DNA of 64,000 nucleotides from Phoronis australis (GCA_002633005.1 NMRA01000050.1:1059177-1123176); one strand, 5' to 3'. Counted from the stretch's first letter, positions 52,301-64,000 are shown. The notes: generated from the letters alone by a model not told the origin. A program made the numbers and translations.

Positions 52301-55300
52301 GAAGAACTCATGTGTATACCCTCTTCAGGTAAATGCCCGTCCTTGCCGAGGTTTAACATCCAGCAAAACGTGTGGTTTGGAGAGCGCACCATCAACCGCG
52401 GCATTCTTTGGGTGAGATTTTTGCTAATGTCACCTTTTTTACACATATTCACATGTACGGTAAGAAGCAGTCTACAAGGATCTTACAAAGTTATCATCTG
52501 CCATTTGAAATAATCTTCGAAACATTTACTTCCAATAGTTAAGCATTTCTTGAAAAGCAACTTAAACCTAGACACCGAATCCGTCTCAAAATTTCCTTTG
52601 CCATTGAAGGCTTGTGTGTGCGTCACTACACAACATGAACCTGTTACAAAAATTGACTGTGGCCCTTCATTTCAAATTTGAAGCCCGCTTTAATCCAGTA
52701 AAATGTTATACTGAATTTTTGTGAGAAAACCCAGTTTGTTAAACTTTGGTGTCAGTGAAGATTCATGATGCAGCAGCGGCCAATTTGCACTCTCAAGAAA
52801 TATCTAGGAGCAGGCCCAATTTGGGGTCAGTTTAGAGGTAGACTTTGAATGTTGGCTTAGTGATTTTTTTATGTATTTATTATCATTTACAAACAATTAC
52901 AAAAACAAACAAACAAATAAGTACACCATTCATTCACGCATGCACACCTCAGGAAGACCATTCTCATATTTCTTTTAAAGTAAATATCTTCTACATGTAG
53001 TTAACATGAACAATAAAATTTTCCCATTTCGCAGAGAAGCTGTCATATACAAAGTTTTTATATGCACTAAATTTTTCAACATTATAGTATTCATAAGTTT
53101 TTGTAACGAACTTGAGAAAATTAGGTATATTTTTGTGACACATCTCCTTGTAAATGAACTGTTTAGCTAGTAGAAGCAAAATGTTAAATAGAAAATCATG
53201 CGTCTTGTAAAGTCCAAGAATAAAACTATCGTAAGACAGACAGTTGGGAAGCTGAATGCGACACTTTTGAAGTAGCTTTCCGAATTCCTTCCAGAAATCT
53301 TCTACAAAGCTGAATTCCCAAAAAAGGTGTGACAGCGTCTCTGGAGCTTTATTAGAAAAGGAACATAGATCAGAATCCCTAACACATATTTTGACTAAAA
53401 AGGTATTTGTTGCAATAATCCTGTGTAGTACTCTAAATTGGAACCATCTAATATGGGGATCCTTTGTAATTTTGTAAGGTAAAGCATATATTTTCTTCCA
53501 ATCTAAACTATTTCCTAGCTCTATTTCCCATTTACACTCTGACTTAAGTTTGTTAACGTCATTGAAGACTGAACAAATATGTCTACAACCCTTCAAATCT
53601 TTCCGTAAGTGAGTAATTGCTAAAGGCATGCAAGGAAAGTAGACATTAACATTTTTAAATTTACTTCGGAATAGACCTTTTTGAAACCTTCTTAGAACAG
53701 AAAGATCACCATTACATTCTACAAAGTTGGTTTTCACATCGAACCTATTTTTCACATTGTTTAGACTAACAAAATCACCATCAGAGGTATGCATATCTCT
53801 AATAAATCTTAAGCCTTTTACAAACCAATGCTTATAAAAAACACCTGTGCCCCCGATCTCCGAAGTTACTATTGAACCACAAAGGTTGATTAAAAAAGTC
53901 CTCTTTACTCGCAACAATTATTTTCTTGTGGAAAGATAACATACTTCCAAATACGTCGCGCTAGTAGGAATTACCAATTAGAGTTAACTTCGACTTAATA
54001 AAGTCATCTCCAAATGAAGCAAAATTCTTTAAGAACGGGTAGAGTGAGTACAGTAATTCACCACTTTAAGACGCAGGGCTTTCAAGATATCTACGGGCCA
54101 TAGCGAATTTCAAAGCTTTGCTGAAAGTATGCATATTAACCATTTGAATACCCCCTTGATCAAGTCCTAAACAGGCCGTAGTTCGTTTAATTTTATCATT
54201 ACGGGCCTTCCATACAAATCTAAAAAATGTCGTATTCAATTCACCCAAGACTCACTGGTGGATTTGGTAAACTTGACAACAAAAAATTAATTTTAGAAAT
54301 AGCTAAGGTTTTAATTCCCGTTACTCTACCAAACGGCGATAAATTTCGTCGACTCCAACTTTTTAGTAAAGACTTGATCTCGGTTATTCTTGCAGTGAAG
54401 TTCTTATGCGTCATACTATCCAATTGAGTGTCAAAATCCACCCCCAAAAATCTAAAAGATTTTTTTCCAAGACAGACTTTCTTTTGTAGGAATCACGTAA
54501 TCACTAACAGTTTTGCTTCCAAACCATATGGCTTTTGTTTTATCCACATTCACTTGGAGACCGGAGACACTAGTAAACAAATGTAGTACAATCAGTGTGG
54601 TAGTCAATGACAAATTCGACCCATCCAACGTAATTGATGTGTCGTCCGCATATTGCGAAATCAAATATTCCTTATTCCCAGCAACTACACCAGCAATATT
54701 TTCATTATTCTTGATTAAATACGCCAAAATCTCCGCGCGCAATATAAAAATGTATTGAGACAAAGGGTCATCTTGTCTGCAGCCACGCGAAATATTGAAA
54801 CAAGAAGATGGGTGACCATTTACGACAACACACTGGACTTAATATTACTGTAAAAGAATTTCACCAACTTTGTGATCGACCAACCAAAATCAAGGAAAGA
54901 TATAATTTTTTAAATAAAATTCCACGACAATGAATCAAATGCTTTCTCAAAATCAATCAGTAAAAGCAATCCAGGTATGTTAGTTGCCTGGGCATAAAAC
55001 ATTAAATCATATAGCACTCGGATATTTTCGTTCATACAGTGTATTTCTTCCAGAAACGAAACCTGTCTGGTCCTTACTGATTACTTTTCCCAAAACGGAT
55101 TTTAATCGTTCAGCCACTGCCGAAGAAGCCAATTTATATGACGTCACATTGAGTAAGGATATGGCTCTCGAGTTTTTCAAATAATGTTTACTTTTATCTG
55201 CTCCCTTAGGGATGCAGGTGATCACTCCCTCTTTCTGTGTTGAGGATATCTGGCCAACAGCAAAACCAGTATTAAGTGAGCGAGCAACTAAATTCCAATG

Positions 55301-58300
55301 TCAGCCCAAAAAAATCAAAAATCCCACTGAAAAACCACCGGCTTTTGTTGTTTTTCATTTTTTCTCAAGCATTGTGTGACTTCTTCATATGTAAGAAGAC
55401 CTTCTAATTTTTCTTTTTCTGTCTCATTCAGCTTGGAGACACAAACATTATCAAGAAGAGCTTTTAAAGAAGTAGTGTTAGACTGTCTATATTTATATAG
55501 ATTTTCATAAAAAGTTTTGGTTTCCTGAATAACCTCTTCTTCACTATTGGTTTTAGTATTTTCAGATTTCCCTAAAAAAGGCATAAACTTACTTGTGTGA
55601 AGTGAAGAAAATATTTGGAAGCCTTCTTAAATACATCTTGCCCTCGACCTAGTCATAAGACCTCTTAACTTATTTTGCCTTAGCTCGGCAAGTAATTTAT
55701 TGTTTGGTTCCAATAGTTCCCTGTCAAGGCTTAGACTTTTTCCAACAAGCTTATTTTTTGATAAGTTGCTGTTCAACTGTATCACTTTTTCTTTTTAAGT
55801 AAGTAGCAAAGGAAATTGTTTTCCGCGAATCTCCATCAACAACGTCTCAAGAAAAAGTTGATCATTTACAGACAGTTGTAAATCTGAATTACTTGTACTA
55901 TCAACTGTCCGAATGTCGTCAGGCTTAGTGAATTTGGTCTGTTTGTATGTGTGAATACATGTATGTTGGAAATGAGAAAAGCCACTTTCTTTGTTGAAGC
56001 TGCACCCTTCTTCAAGATGGGAACCCTGGGTTCCACTTGGGCATTGTTGGCTAGCCCCTGAGAAATCGGCTGCGATTTCAGGTAGCCCACAACCAATCTA
56101 GAAATTCTAAAAAATCTTGACTGACAGTAGTTTTCCTCGGGAGAAAGAAAACTTTTCGAGAAAATGACACATTTATTATTGGCTGTCCGTAAAAATTGCC
56201 ATGGTGATTTTGGTCATAATGAATGAGTATGTTTTATGTTGATTCAGACCGGAGAGTTCGAAAAACGAGCAGACGATACCATCCTCCACGTGATGTTTCT
56301 CGGCACTCTCGAGTTATCTGGAGCTGCACTGGTTCGATGGACAATATATTTCAATGGCTCCACGTGCAAATTTCCCGGTCCCATAGATGGTGTAATGCAA
56401 AACATGTATGAAAAGACATCGTACACTACCTTTGACGGCACTAATGGAAGTAAGTCTAAAAAGAGTATTCGTTGACAAATCCATCGTTTGAAATAACAGA
56501 CATTTCTGGGATAACTCAATGAACGCCTTCTGTTTCTTTGTTTAATTTCGGATAAAAACTGTTTATGCTGGGCTCAAATGTTCTTGGTGTAATTATAATT
56601 GTCCGTCTATTAACCGCCACAATTGCCGCTTTGATTTTTGTTATTCTAGTTTCTGAACTCTTTCGTAATTCTATCATTGAATTGATCATTTAAGCTGTAC
56701 GCTCTAGATGATAACGCAGGTAGTGTCATGACGTTCTAGCCGGAGGTGGAGATACATGTAGTTGTGGTGACGGTTTTCTTCTTGATGCTCCGTTGTGATT
56801 GATGGTGATGACCTCGTTTCCTTTGTCGCCGGTGTTGTTGGCACTGAAGCTGCCACCGCCACTGCCGTTGTCAATACCGTTTCTACCGTTGCCACTGGTT
56901 ANAAAAGAGTATTCGTTGACGAACCCATCGTTTGAAATAACAGACATTTCTGGGATAACTCAGTGAACGCCTTCTATTTCTTTGTTTAATTTCGAATAAA
57001 AACTGTTTATGCTGGACTCAAATGTTCTTGGTGTAATTATAATTGTCCGTCTATTAACCGCCACAATTGCCGCTTTGATTTTTGTTATTCTAGTTTCTGA
57101 ACTCTTTCGTAATTCTATCATTGAATTGATCATTTAAGCTGTACGCTCTAGATGATAACGCAGGTAGTGTCATGACGTTCTAGCCGGAGGTGGAGATACA
57201 TGTAGTTGTGGTGACGGTTTTCTTCTTGATGCTCCGTTGTGATTGATGGTGATGACCTCGTTTCCTTTGTCGCCGGTGTTGTTGGCACTGAAGCTGCCAC
57301 CGCCACTGCCGTTGTCAATACCGTTTCTACCGTTGCCACTGGTTATGCTACCGATACTATTGCTATTTTGCGCTGTTGGCGTTGCGTCTGTTCTTGCTAT
57401 TGTTGCTGCTTCTGCTACACCAGTTGAGGATATTAGTTTTATTATTTGATATTTTAGTCGATGGCCTGTGCAGGGGACTACCTTCTGGGAAACTGAACAT
57501 CTCCCTTCACGTTTCCACAAGTAATGACAGGATCCTCACGAGTGCAGGATTTGGTGGCCCCAACAGATGGATTGTGGAGGAAGTGAGAATGAGTCACCGA
57601 TATCCCATGAGTACGTTATTTGCTTCTGATCTCCGATCCAGGTTGATTGTATACCTTTAGGGCAATGTAAAAGGGCCTAATAGAATGCTTGTATTTCCAA
57701 TACTCGTTCACAAAAGCCGCAAATTTGGAACTAACTGAAATTCATTCTGAAGCAGTGTGCACATCAGCATGACGGATCAATTATCCGAAGCTCATTGTGT
57801 TTTATAAGCGTTTTGCTGCGTGTCGTTTTATTGCTCTTTTCAGATATTTTTTTTTCAAATGATCTTGTTCTTATCACCCTACACTTACACAAACTGTGTG
57901 TTGTGGATGGATTTCTAGCCGTAGACACTAGTTGCAAGTACGTCGATGTCTCATAGAAAGACGTCTAATGAGATACATACATGTAGCGAGAGTGTGAAAT
58001 ACTTGCTCATTGAATTACGGGGTGCCATTTCATGCCATGAAATGAAAACCAGCAAAACTGTGCAGTTCATGTGTCGCTGTACATTTTGCTGAAGAAAGAT
58101 ACAATATGAGTGAGATTTTTAATATTATTAATTCGTTTTATATTAGCAGGGTCCTCCGCGCTGTCTGGATAACAATGAATTACATGTACTTGGCATTCTG
58201 GTCACTTAGCAAACTATACAGCAAATTGCACTTTTGATTCATATTAGCTTTGAATTTTCTGATCTTGAGAATTTCGTCACAAATTTTCAGTGGATTTAAG

Positions 58301-61300
58301 TGAACTACCCTGCAGTGTCGCTGATTTCAACACGTGGCAATGGTATTGGTACAGTGGAGACCCTACCGACGCTGGAAGATTGAAATTCGTAAGCATGTTG
58401 ATTTCAGATTTCCTCATTCCTCATATTTGGCGTTTGAATAGAGAATGTAATGGTGATGTAGTAAAGTAAAATTGATGGTTGTGATGTGTATAATTTCAAA
58501 TATGGGAAAATTTCGACGAAATCCACCGAATTTAGAGAAAGTTATGGCGAAAAATCGTAACAAAATTAGACGAAAAATGCATTGAATCATTTTGAAATTT
58601 GATGGAAATTCAATTTGTTCAAAGTTTTGGCCGAGAAAAGATGTCCTCATCATTTTCGAGGAAGGACAAAAATAGGAATGCTTTTCAGTAAGGAAAGCCA
58701 CCGTTTCCATCACGCGAACGTTGCGCTAAAACATGCACAGTACCACGTGACCGACCACAAGCGTCGTATTGTTCTCATCGTTATTTTGGACACTGAGAGT
58801 CTGGTCCTGAGCACTGGCTTTTACGGAATGTCTACCGCGCACATGGAAATTACCTGCTTCAGTCTTTACTACTGAAGCAGATTGGAAGCGCCTTCCATAG
58901 TTGCAAGACATTGCTGTGACACTTCCATTTGAGAAATTGGGTGAATTAAAGAACACCGTGACTTGAATTGTCTCCTCTAATTTAACGTTCCAGCATCGCT
59001 GACCAATCACGTCAGTCAGTGGCGGCAACATTTTCAATCTAAAAGTATGCTTAGTGATCCCGAGATTAGCCTACTTGCAAAACACGTTAAACACGTGCGG
59101 TTTTGCATAGTCTTTGGTGAGCTGCTTTTGCTCGCACGAATCTTGCTTGAAGGTTTCGTTGAAAATTACATGCTTACTGTTCCCTGAAGAAGAGGTTGCA
59201 TGGGCACGGTTTGTAGTTAGGTCTATTATTCTGACAGAAAAAACGTTCCATTTATGAATCAGGATATTTTCTTTGGGTTGTTCTGTATTAGAACAGATCA
59301 CGTTTCTTTAGAAAACACACTTTCCGGTCTGAACGTTATTCATACTTGTTTCTGAGATTGCTGAGAACAGTCAGTTTGTCGTTAGTTGAGCCAGCGTTTG
59401 GCAAATATTTTTAACCCAGAAACAGACAAAATAGTCGTGGTTAACTGAGGGAAAATTTGATTCCATGTTGATAAGAGTCCAAATTTGTTTTTGTGATCGA
59501 AGCCTTGTTTGCTAAATTAATTCGAACTCAAACCAGTGAATTAATTCTAGATATCAACATTTAGTAAACAGTCATCTACCAGTCACCTCCGTGTGTACTA
59601 CCAAGGTTCTCTGCGACAAAATGGGAAACTGTCATGCTCCAAGTGGTATTTCTTGCTTAACAACGAAACCTGCCGGGATCCGGGACCAATTGCAGGTGCT
59701 ATATACTCACAGGTTATGTTCAATGATGGTGTCAGCGGCCAAAATCACGTGATGATGAGTGAGTACGCGTTTGCCACTTGCAGTGTACATGCCCTTGTTT
59801 TTGAAAATGCAACTACATAAAAAATTATGCGTTTTTCACAAAATTATTGTCACATAAGAATCCGTTGTCATTGTTCAGTGTGTGTACCTCCTTACTATAA
59901 ATTCTGAATTAGCATCTGTCTGGAAGCGACAGTTTGTAGAACACTCCAACAAAGTTCAGCGAAGACGGAGTTAATGATGTTAGGCTAAAGACCAAGAGGC
60001 GCACTTTTTGCGCAAGCAATTCTTAGCGCAAANGGTTTCGTTGAAAATTACATGCTTACTGTTCCCTGAAGAAGAGGTTGCATGGGCACGGTTTGTAGTT
60101 AGGTCTATTATTCTAAGCCAGAAAAAACGTTCCATTTATGAATCAGGATATTTTTTTTGGGTTGTTCTGTATTAGAACAGATCACGTTTCTTTAGAAAAC
60201 ACACTTTCCGGTCTGAACGTTATTCTTACTTGTTTCTGAGATTGCTGAGAACAGTCAGTTTGTCGTTAGTTGAGCCAACGTTTGGCAAATATTTTTAACC
60301 CAGAAACAGACAAAATAGTCGTGGTTAACTGAGGGAAAATTTGATTCCATGTTGATAAGAGTCCAAATTTGTTTTTGTGATCGAAGACTTGTTTGCTAAA
60401 TTAATTCGAACTCAAACCAGTGAATTAATTCTAGATATCAACATTTAGTAAACAGTCATCTACCAGTCACCTCCGTGTGTACTACCAAGGTTCTCTGCGA
60501 CAAAATGGGAAACTGTCATGCTCCAAGTGGTATTTCTTGCTTAACAACGAAACCTGCCGGGATCCGGGACCAATTGCAGGTGCTATATACTCACAGGTTA
60601 TGTTCAATGATGGTGTCAGCGGCCAAAATCACGTGATGATGAGTGAGTACGCGTTTGCCACTTGCAGTGTACATGCCCTTGTTTTTGAAAATGCAACTAC
60701 ATAAAAAATTATGCGTTTTTCACAAAATTATTGTCACATAAGAATCCGTTGTCATTGTTCAGTGTGTGTACCTCCTTACTATAAATTCTGAATTAGCATC
60801 TGTCTGGAAGCGACAGTTTGTAGAACACTCCAACAAAGTTCAGCGAAGACGGAGTTAATGATGTTAGGCTAAAGACCAAGAGGCGCACTTTTTGCGCAAG
60901 CAATTCTTAGCGCAAAAACTTGATTGAAAATGCATGGTAGAAACTCTTTAAAAAATCTACATTGATAAGTGTTTAAGACAACATTTGAACTGACTCTGAC
61001 ATTAGGCGAGAACCTAAATTTATTGAAAATCAGGAGTAAAGTAATCTAAGTCACTGAATAGTATGTAAATGAACCATGATTCAACCTCTTTGTCATTGAA
61101 GTGGCAAAGTTTTGGTGTTCTACAACACTGTCTTGCTGAACAGGGATGACAATTATGTATGCCAAAGACCCATCATTGCTATTGGGTGCGGTTAATAGGG
61201 CTAGCAAAGACTGACTTTTGAACGAAGTAAACGGAAAAGCAACCAACAAACAAATAAAACACAGTCATATCCGCTTTGTTGGGTGCAGTGTTGAGTGTCT

Positions 61301-61737
61301 GGTGTTCCTTTTATGACATCACTAACAAGTCAGAAATATTGGCTCCACTCAACTATTTCTGAAATATGATTTCACCTCAGAAAAAGTACAGTATCTCTGA
61401 AATGTCCCTGTTACTCAGATAATTTTCATTAATTTCTTACAACCTGGTGTATTCTAAGAAATACATAGAAAAATTGTAATCATCTACCATATGTTAATTA
61501 AAGCGTAAGGCGTTGACCTATTTTTTACAATTCGCCCTTATATAATCCCATTACGCAGGAAACTGACGTCATTAAATCTAAAGCTTTGTTTCAGTTGACG
61601 GGTTCTGCAAGTTGCCGGCCGGAGACGTTACAATCCAATTGTTTGTCGACGCGTGTGATGGAATCGACGGAAATGACGCGTACACTTGCTATAGTGGCGG
61701 GTGTCACATCGTGGCACAAGAAGTGTGCTTGAATTAG
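44788..61737 (+). CDS. Gene 2: secreted protein with signal peptide, PAN/Apple domain and 3 tandem CTHRC1 C-terminal domains (no collagen), 10 exons, 549 aa
   Basis: Exons 44788-45091, 46031-46125, 47405-47600 (duplicate 49247-49442), 51522-51689, 52329-52411, 56248-56449, 57458-57610, 58291-58388, 59551-59758 (duplicate 60435-60642), 61595-61737. All GT-AG, phases consistent, 1650 nt ending in TAG. Each domain resembles the CTHRC1 C-terminus (F.K....S.LRV.F.G.LR...C.RWYF..NG..C..PGPI...DG.C.....G.V.....V..C...D..TG......I.EE). Confidence 0.85.
46031..51689 (+). CDS. Gene 2 CTHRC1-like domain 1 (exons 46031-46125, 47405-47600, 51522-51689)
   Basis: NVQHYYFADLSTTTAEGIIA | SLTYGKKLSYTSLRLQFRGVLRSAYNRTGCSRWYFLINGQSCQNPGPIEITW.. 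| VDGICDHIPDGAVQVHFVVGACGDMESPADSVTGW..FTIEE. Confidence 0.87.
46213..46330. repeat. Fold-back structure X-(TA)n-inverted X-(TA)n-X-(TA)n
   Basis: X = ACTTTTGAATAGAGCTG; its reverse complement CAGCTCTATTCAAAAGT lies between TA tracts. Confidence 0.9.
46465..50210. repeat. About 1.9-kb tandem duplication around N gap 48370-48398 (duplicates gene 2 exon 3)
   Basis: 46465-48369 and 48399-50210 are near-identical; copy 2 lacks about 90 bp (about 47226-47317). Confidence 0.92.
52329..57610 (+). CDS. Gene 2 CTHRC1-like domain 2 (exons 52329-52411, 56248-56449, 57458-57610)
   Basis: NIQQNVWFGERTINRGILW | TGEFEKRADDTILHVMFLGTLELSGAALVRWTIYFNGSTCKFPGPIDGVM.. | IDGLCRGLPSGKLNISLHV..SAGFGGPNRWIVEEV. 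Confidence 0.85.
52864..55921 (-). mobile_element. 5'-truncated Tx1/L1-clade non-LTR retrotransposon in gene 2 intron 5
   Basis: RT motifs (LLIDFEKAFDSLSW; RGCRQ.DPLSQYIFIL.AEILA; SQYADDT), DQLFLETLLMEI upstream, C-terminal zf-RVT-like region (FQFRVLHRIIATN...LCSF....ETLSHLFW), AATAAA plus short A tail at the 3' end, and a 10-bp TSD GGCTTAGTGA at 52854-52863 and 55922-55931. Frameshifted. Confidence 0.92.
56458..57345. repeat. About 444-bp tandem duplication around an N at 56902
   Basis: 56458-56901 versus 56903-57345 with a few SNPs. Confidence 0.9.
58291..61737 (+). CDS. Gene 2 CTHRC1-like domain 3 (exons 58291-58388, 59551-59758, 61595-61737)
   Basis: NTWQWYWYSGDPTDAGRLKF | ISTFSKQSSTSHLRVYYQGSLRQNGKLSCSKWYFLLNNETCRDPGPIAGAIY.. 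| IDGFCKLPAGDVTIQLFVDACDGIDGNDAYTCYSGGCHIVAQEVCLN*. Confidence 0.87.
59150..60916. repeat. About 884-bp tandem duplication around an N at 60033 (duplicates gene 2 exon 9)
   Basis: 59150-60032 versus 60034-60916; the exon copies look identical and the SNPs are intronic. Confidence 0.92.
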
Positions 61738-63619
61738 TTTTGGTTTTGTCGTTTTTTTCTTGGAACCATACGGGGTCTTACACTGCGAGTGTAAGAACGT
61801 ATTTGTCCGCAGCTCCAACCTTTACGAAGATGAATTTACTTTGAATTTGCTTTAAAATTAGATAGACAAACAAGTTGGCCGATCACTGGTTTCACTGTAG
61901 TAACTGGTCCAAGTGAGTCAACAGTACAACCAGAAAAATTATTGAGCGGAGCGTTTATTCTGATCACGAAACTGGTGATGTCATAAACTACATGTCAGTA
62001 AAGGTCTATTTCCCGGAGGCCGGTCTGCTGACACCTATCTATGTACGGTGTAGTTGAAACCGAGCACTGTGCTCCAGTAGGACTCGAGGCCTCGACCATC
62101 AGTAGAAACAGCGGACATTTATCCGCTAGACCACGCCCCCTGCTGTTTCTGCTTTGGTTATGCCGAACTTCAATGAGAACGGTAAGTGGCTCTAGCGGCC
62201 CTGGCGGCCCTGGCGGCCCTGGCGACGTCGTACAGGTGCACTTTATCCAGCTTAGCTGGCGAAAAGGGAAAATGGAATTCATCATTTTTTCTCTGTTTCG
62301 TGATATTCCTTACCGTGATGGGAGTCTATTTGCTATACCAGCAAGAACATCAAACAACCAGAGACTTGAAAAAGCGCTTCACTGGCAGTCCTAAAATGAC
62401 AAATTTCAAAACGGCGGATTTACGATTTGTTTGTTACTTGTGTTGGCAGAAGGATATTATCATTGTAAAGAATGTGTGACGAAACCAATTTCATGGAAGC
62501 AAAGGTCCCTACCAGGTTTCTATTTTCAGCCATCCAACCACGGCAAAACGCAACATTTTTTACATTGAGAGACGCTTTAACTCTATCCAGCTCCAAAGTC
62601 AGTGTTTTTTAATTTCTCACGTGATGTGCATTCTTAGTTACCTTAACTAGTGTTCAAGTCATGTTAGGTCATTTAATGCTGCTGCTGCATGAGGAAACTA
62701 AAGTTCTAGACTAACTTCAATATTTCACAACCTACCCAAAAAGGTATACGTCACAATTGACATTTTTGTGCATAGCGAATGAATAGATGCTCGCACAACG
62801 CAGAATCCAAGTCACACCAAGGAGATCGTCTGCTCGGTGAGCTGATGACACCTGTTTACTGCGCATATGATGTATTTAACTGTGATTATTTCTACGTCTA
62901 CTTTGCATTACCGCTATCCCGCTATCTGTCAGCGAAGTAGTCAATCCTATGTACTCTATGAGGCACCTCGGAGCAGGAAAATCCTATGAAGCTAAAGATA
63001 GTGATATCTATGGAAATTAAAGTAAAAAAATTTCTGCGGTAAATGCGTGATAAATGTTCTGTCCCGACTACATTAAGTTTGGCTTAAATTTGTTTTTGGT
63101 CTTGAGAAGAGAAAATAATGTTCACAATATTGTTAATTATTGCTTACATATAAATAAAAATTTGATTTTGAGGTATTTTTGTTTGGTCCTGTGTTATAAA
63201 AACAATGTTTTGGCTTGTTTTTAAACTTTTCCTAGAAAATGTGCACCTTGGAATTTCTCCGATTGACTATCCATAGGTAACATGCAAAACTGTCACAAGT
63301 CTTTATGTTAATAGTACCGAATTTGGAAATGGATTGGCCATTCGCCTAACTGAATACTAAAACATGCGCGCTCTGCGCAGTCTTAGTCAAACGAAGACAA
63401 TGGCCGAAGTGTATATGAGCAAAATATCGATGGATTCTGAATATAATTAATAATTATTTTGCTCTATAAGCAACCATTGCGACGATGGCCAAAAAATATC
63501 AAGCCAAGTCTGTTGGTTTGGTGTAATCCTTTTGTAATAGCATTGAATGAGTTTTGCGTACACCTTCAGCGTTATATTTACAGGATATTATTGATTGGAC
63601 GAAGCATTTCCGTGAAAAA

Positions 63620-64000
63620 ATGCTAAGGTAACTGTTATAATTTGAAGGCTTTCTTCAGACCAGAGAACTGTTAGTTGGTTGCTAAGGTTACTGTCATTAT
63701 TTAGTTGCTTTCTTCAGACCAGAGAACTGTTAGTTGGTTGCTAATGTTATTGTTATAATTTGGTCGCTTTCTTCAGACAAGAGAACTGTTAGTTGGTTGC
63801 TAAGGTTACTGTCATTATTTAGTTGCTTTCTTCAGACCAGAGAACTGTTAGTTGGTTGCTAATGTTATTGTTATAATTTGGTCGCTTTCTTCAGACCAGA
63901 GAACTGTTAGTTGGTTGCTAAGGTTACTGTCATTATTTAGTTGCTTTCTTCAGACCAGAGAACTGTTAGTTGGTTGCTAATGTTATTGTTATAATTTGGT
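63620..64000. repeat. 59-bp tandem repeat with alternating A/B variants (118-bp higher-order unit), runs off the window end
   Basis: A: AACTGTTAGTTGGTTGCTAAGGTTACTGTCATTATTTAGTTGCTTTCTTCAGACCAGAG; B: ...GCTAATGTTATTGTTATAATTTGGTCGCTTTC...; unit starts at 63666, 63725, 63784, 63843, 63902, 63961. Confidence 0.95.

Noticed and set aside
56704-57449. Thr/Ala-rich and Gly/Asn-rich ORFs
   Set aside because: Degenerate trinucleotide low-complexity intron sequence, duplicated across an N. The gene 2 frame is complete without it.
62196-62226. PGPPGPPGP on the minus strand as the missing collagen segment of the CTHRC1-like gene
   Set aside because: Only three triplets from a 9-bp repeat, on the wrong strand and downstream of the gene 2 stop codon.
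63620-64000. Repeat array as CRISPR
   Set aside because: The variable parts alternate between two fixed variants instead of being unique spacers, and the context is eukaryotic.

Overview
AT-rich, intron-rich eukaryotic DNA, most likely from a marine invertebrate (the taxon cannot be fixed from sequence). Two intact spliced genes on the + strand are largely missed by the ORF track; I rebuilt them exon by exon from GT-AG sites and phase continuity. Gene 1 (10881-39433, 14 coding exons, 686 aa) has about 7 ankyrin repeats plus caps, one repeat per phase-0 exon, fused through a short unknown domain to a FAM111-like trypsin-fold serine protease with an intact His-Asp-Ser triad. It is a candidate intracellular sensor-protease. 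Gene 2 (44788-61737, 10 exons, 549 aa) has a signal peptide, a PAN/Apple domain and three tandem CTHRC1 C-terminal domains with no collagen helix. It is a candidate single-chain pseudo-trimer. The rest is decayed transposons (two Academ, one ISL2EU-like with THAP and SAP/YqaJ remnants, a Tx1/L1 LINE with a 10-bp TSD, a solo LTR carrying heat-shock elements, MITEs), tandem repeats, and four near-identical duplications abutting N gaps that are probably unmerged haplotypes. Family assignments rest on motif recognition, not database searches.
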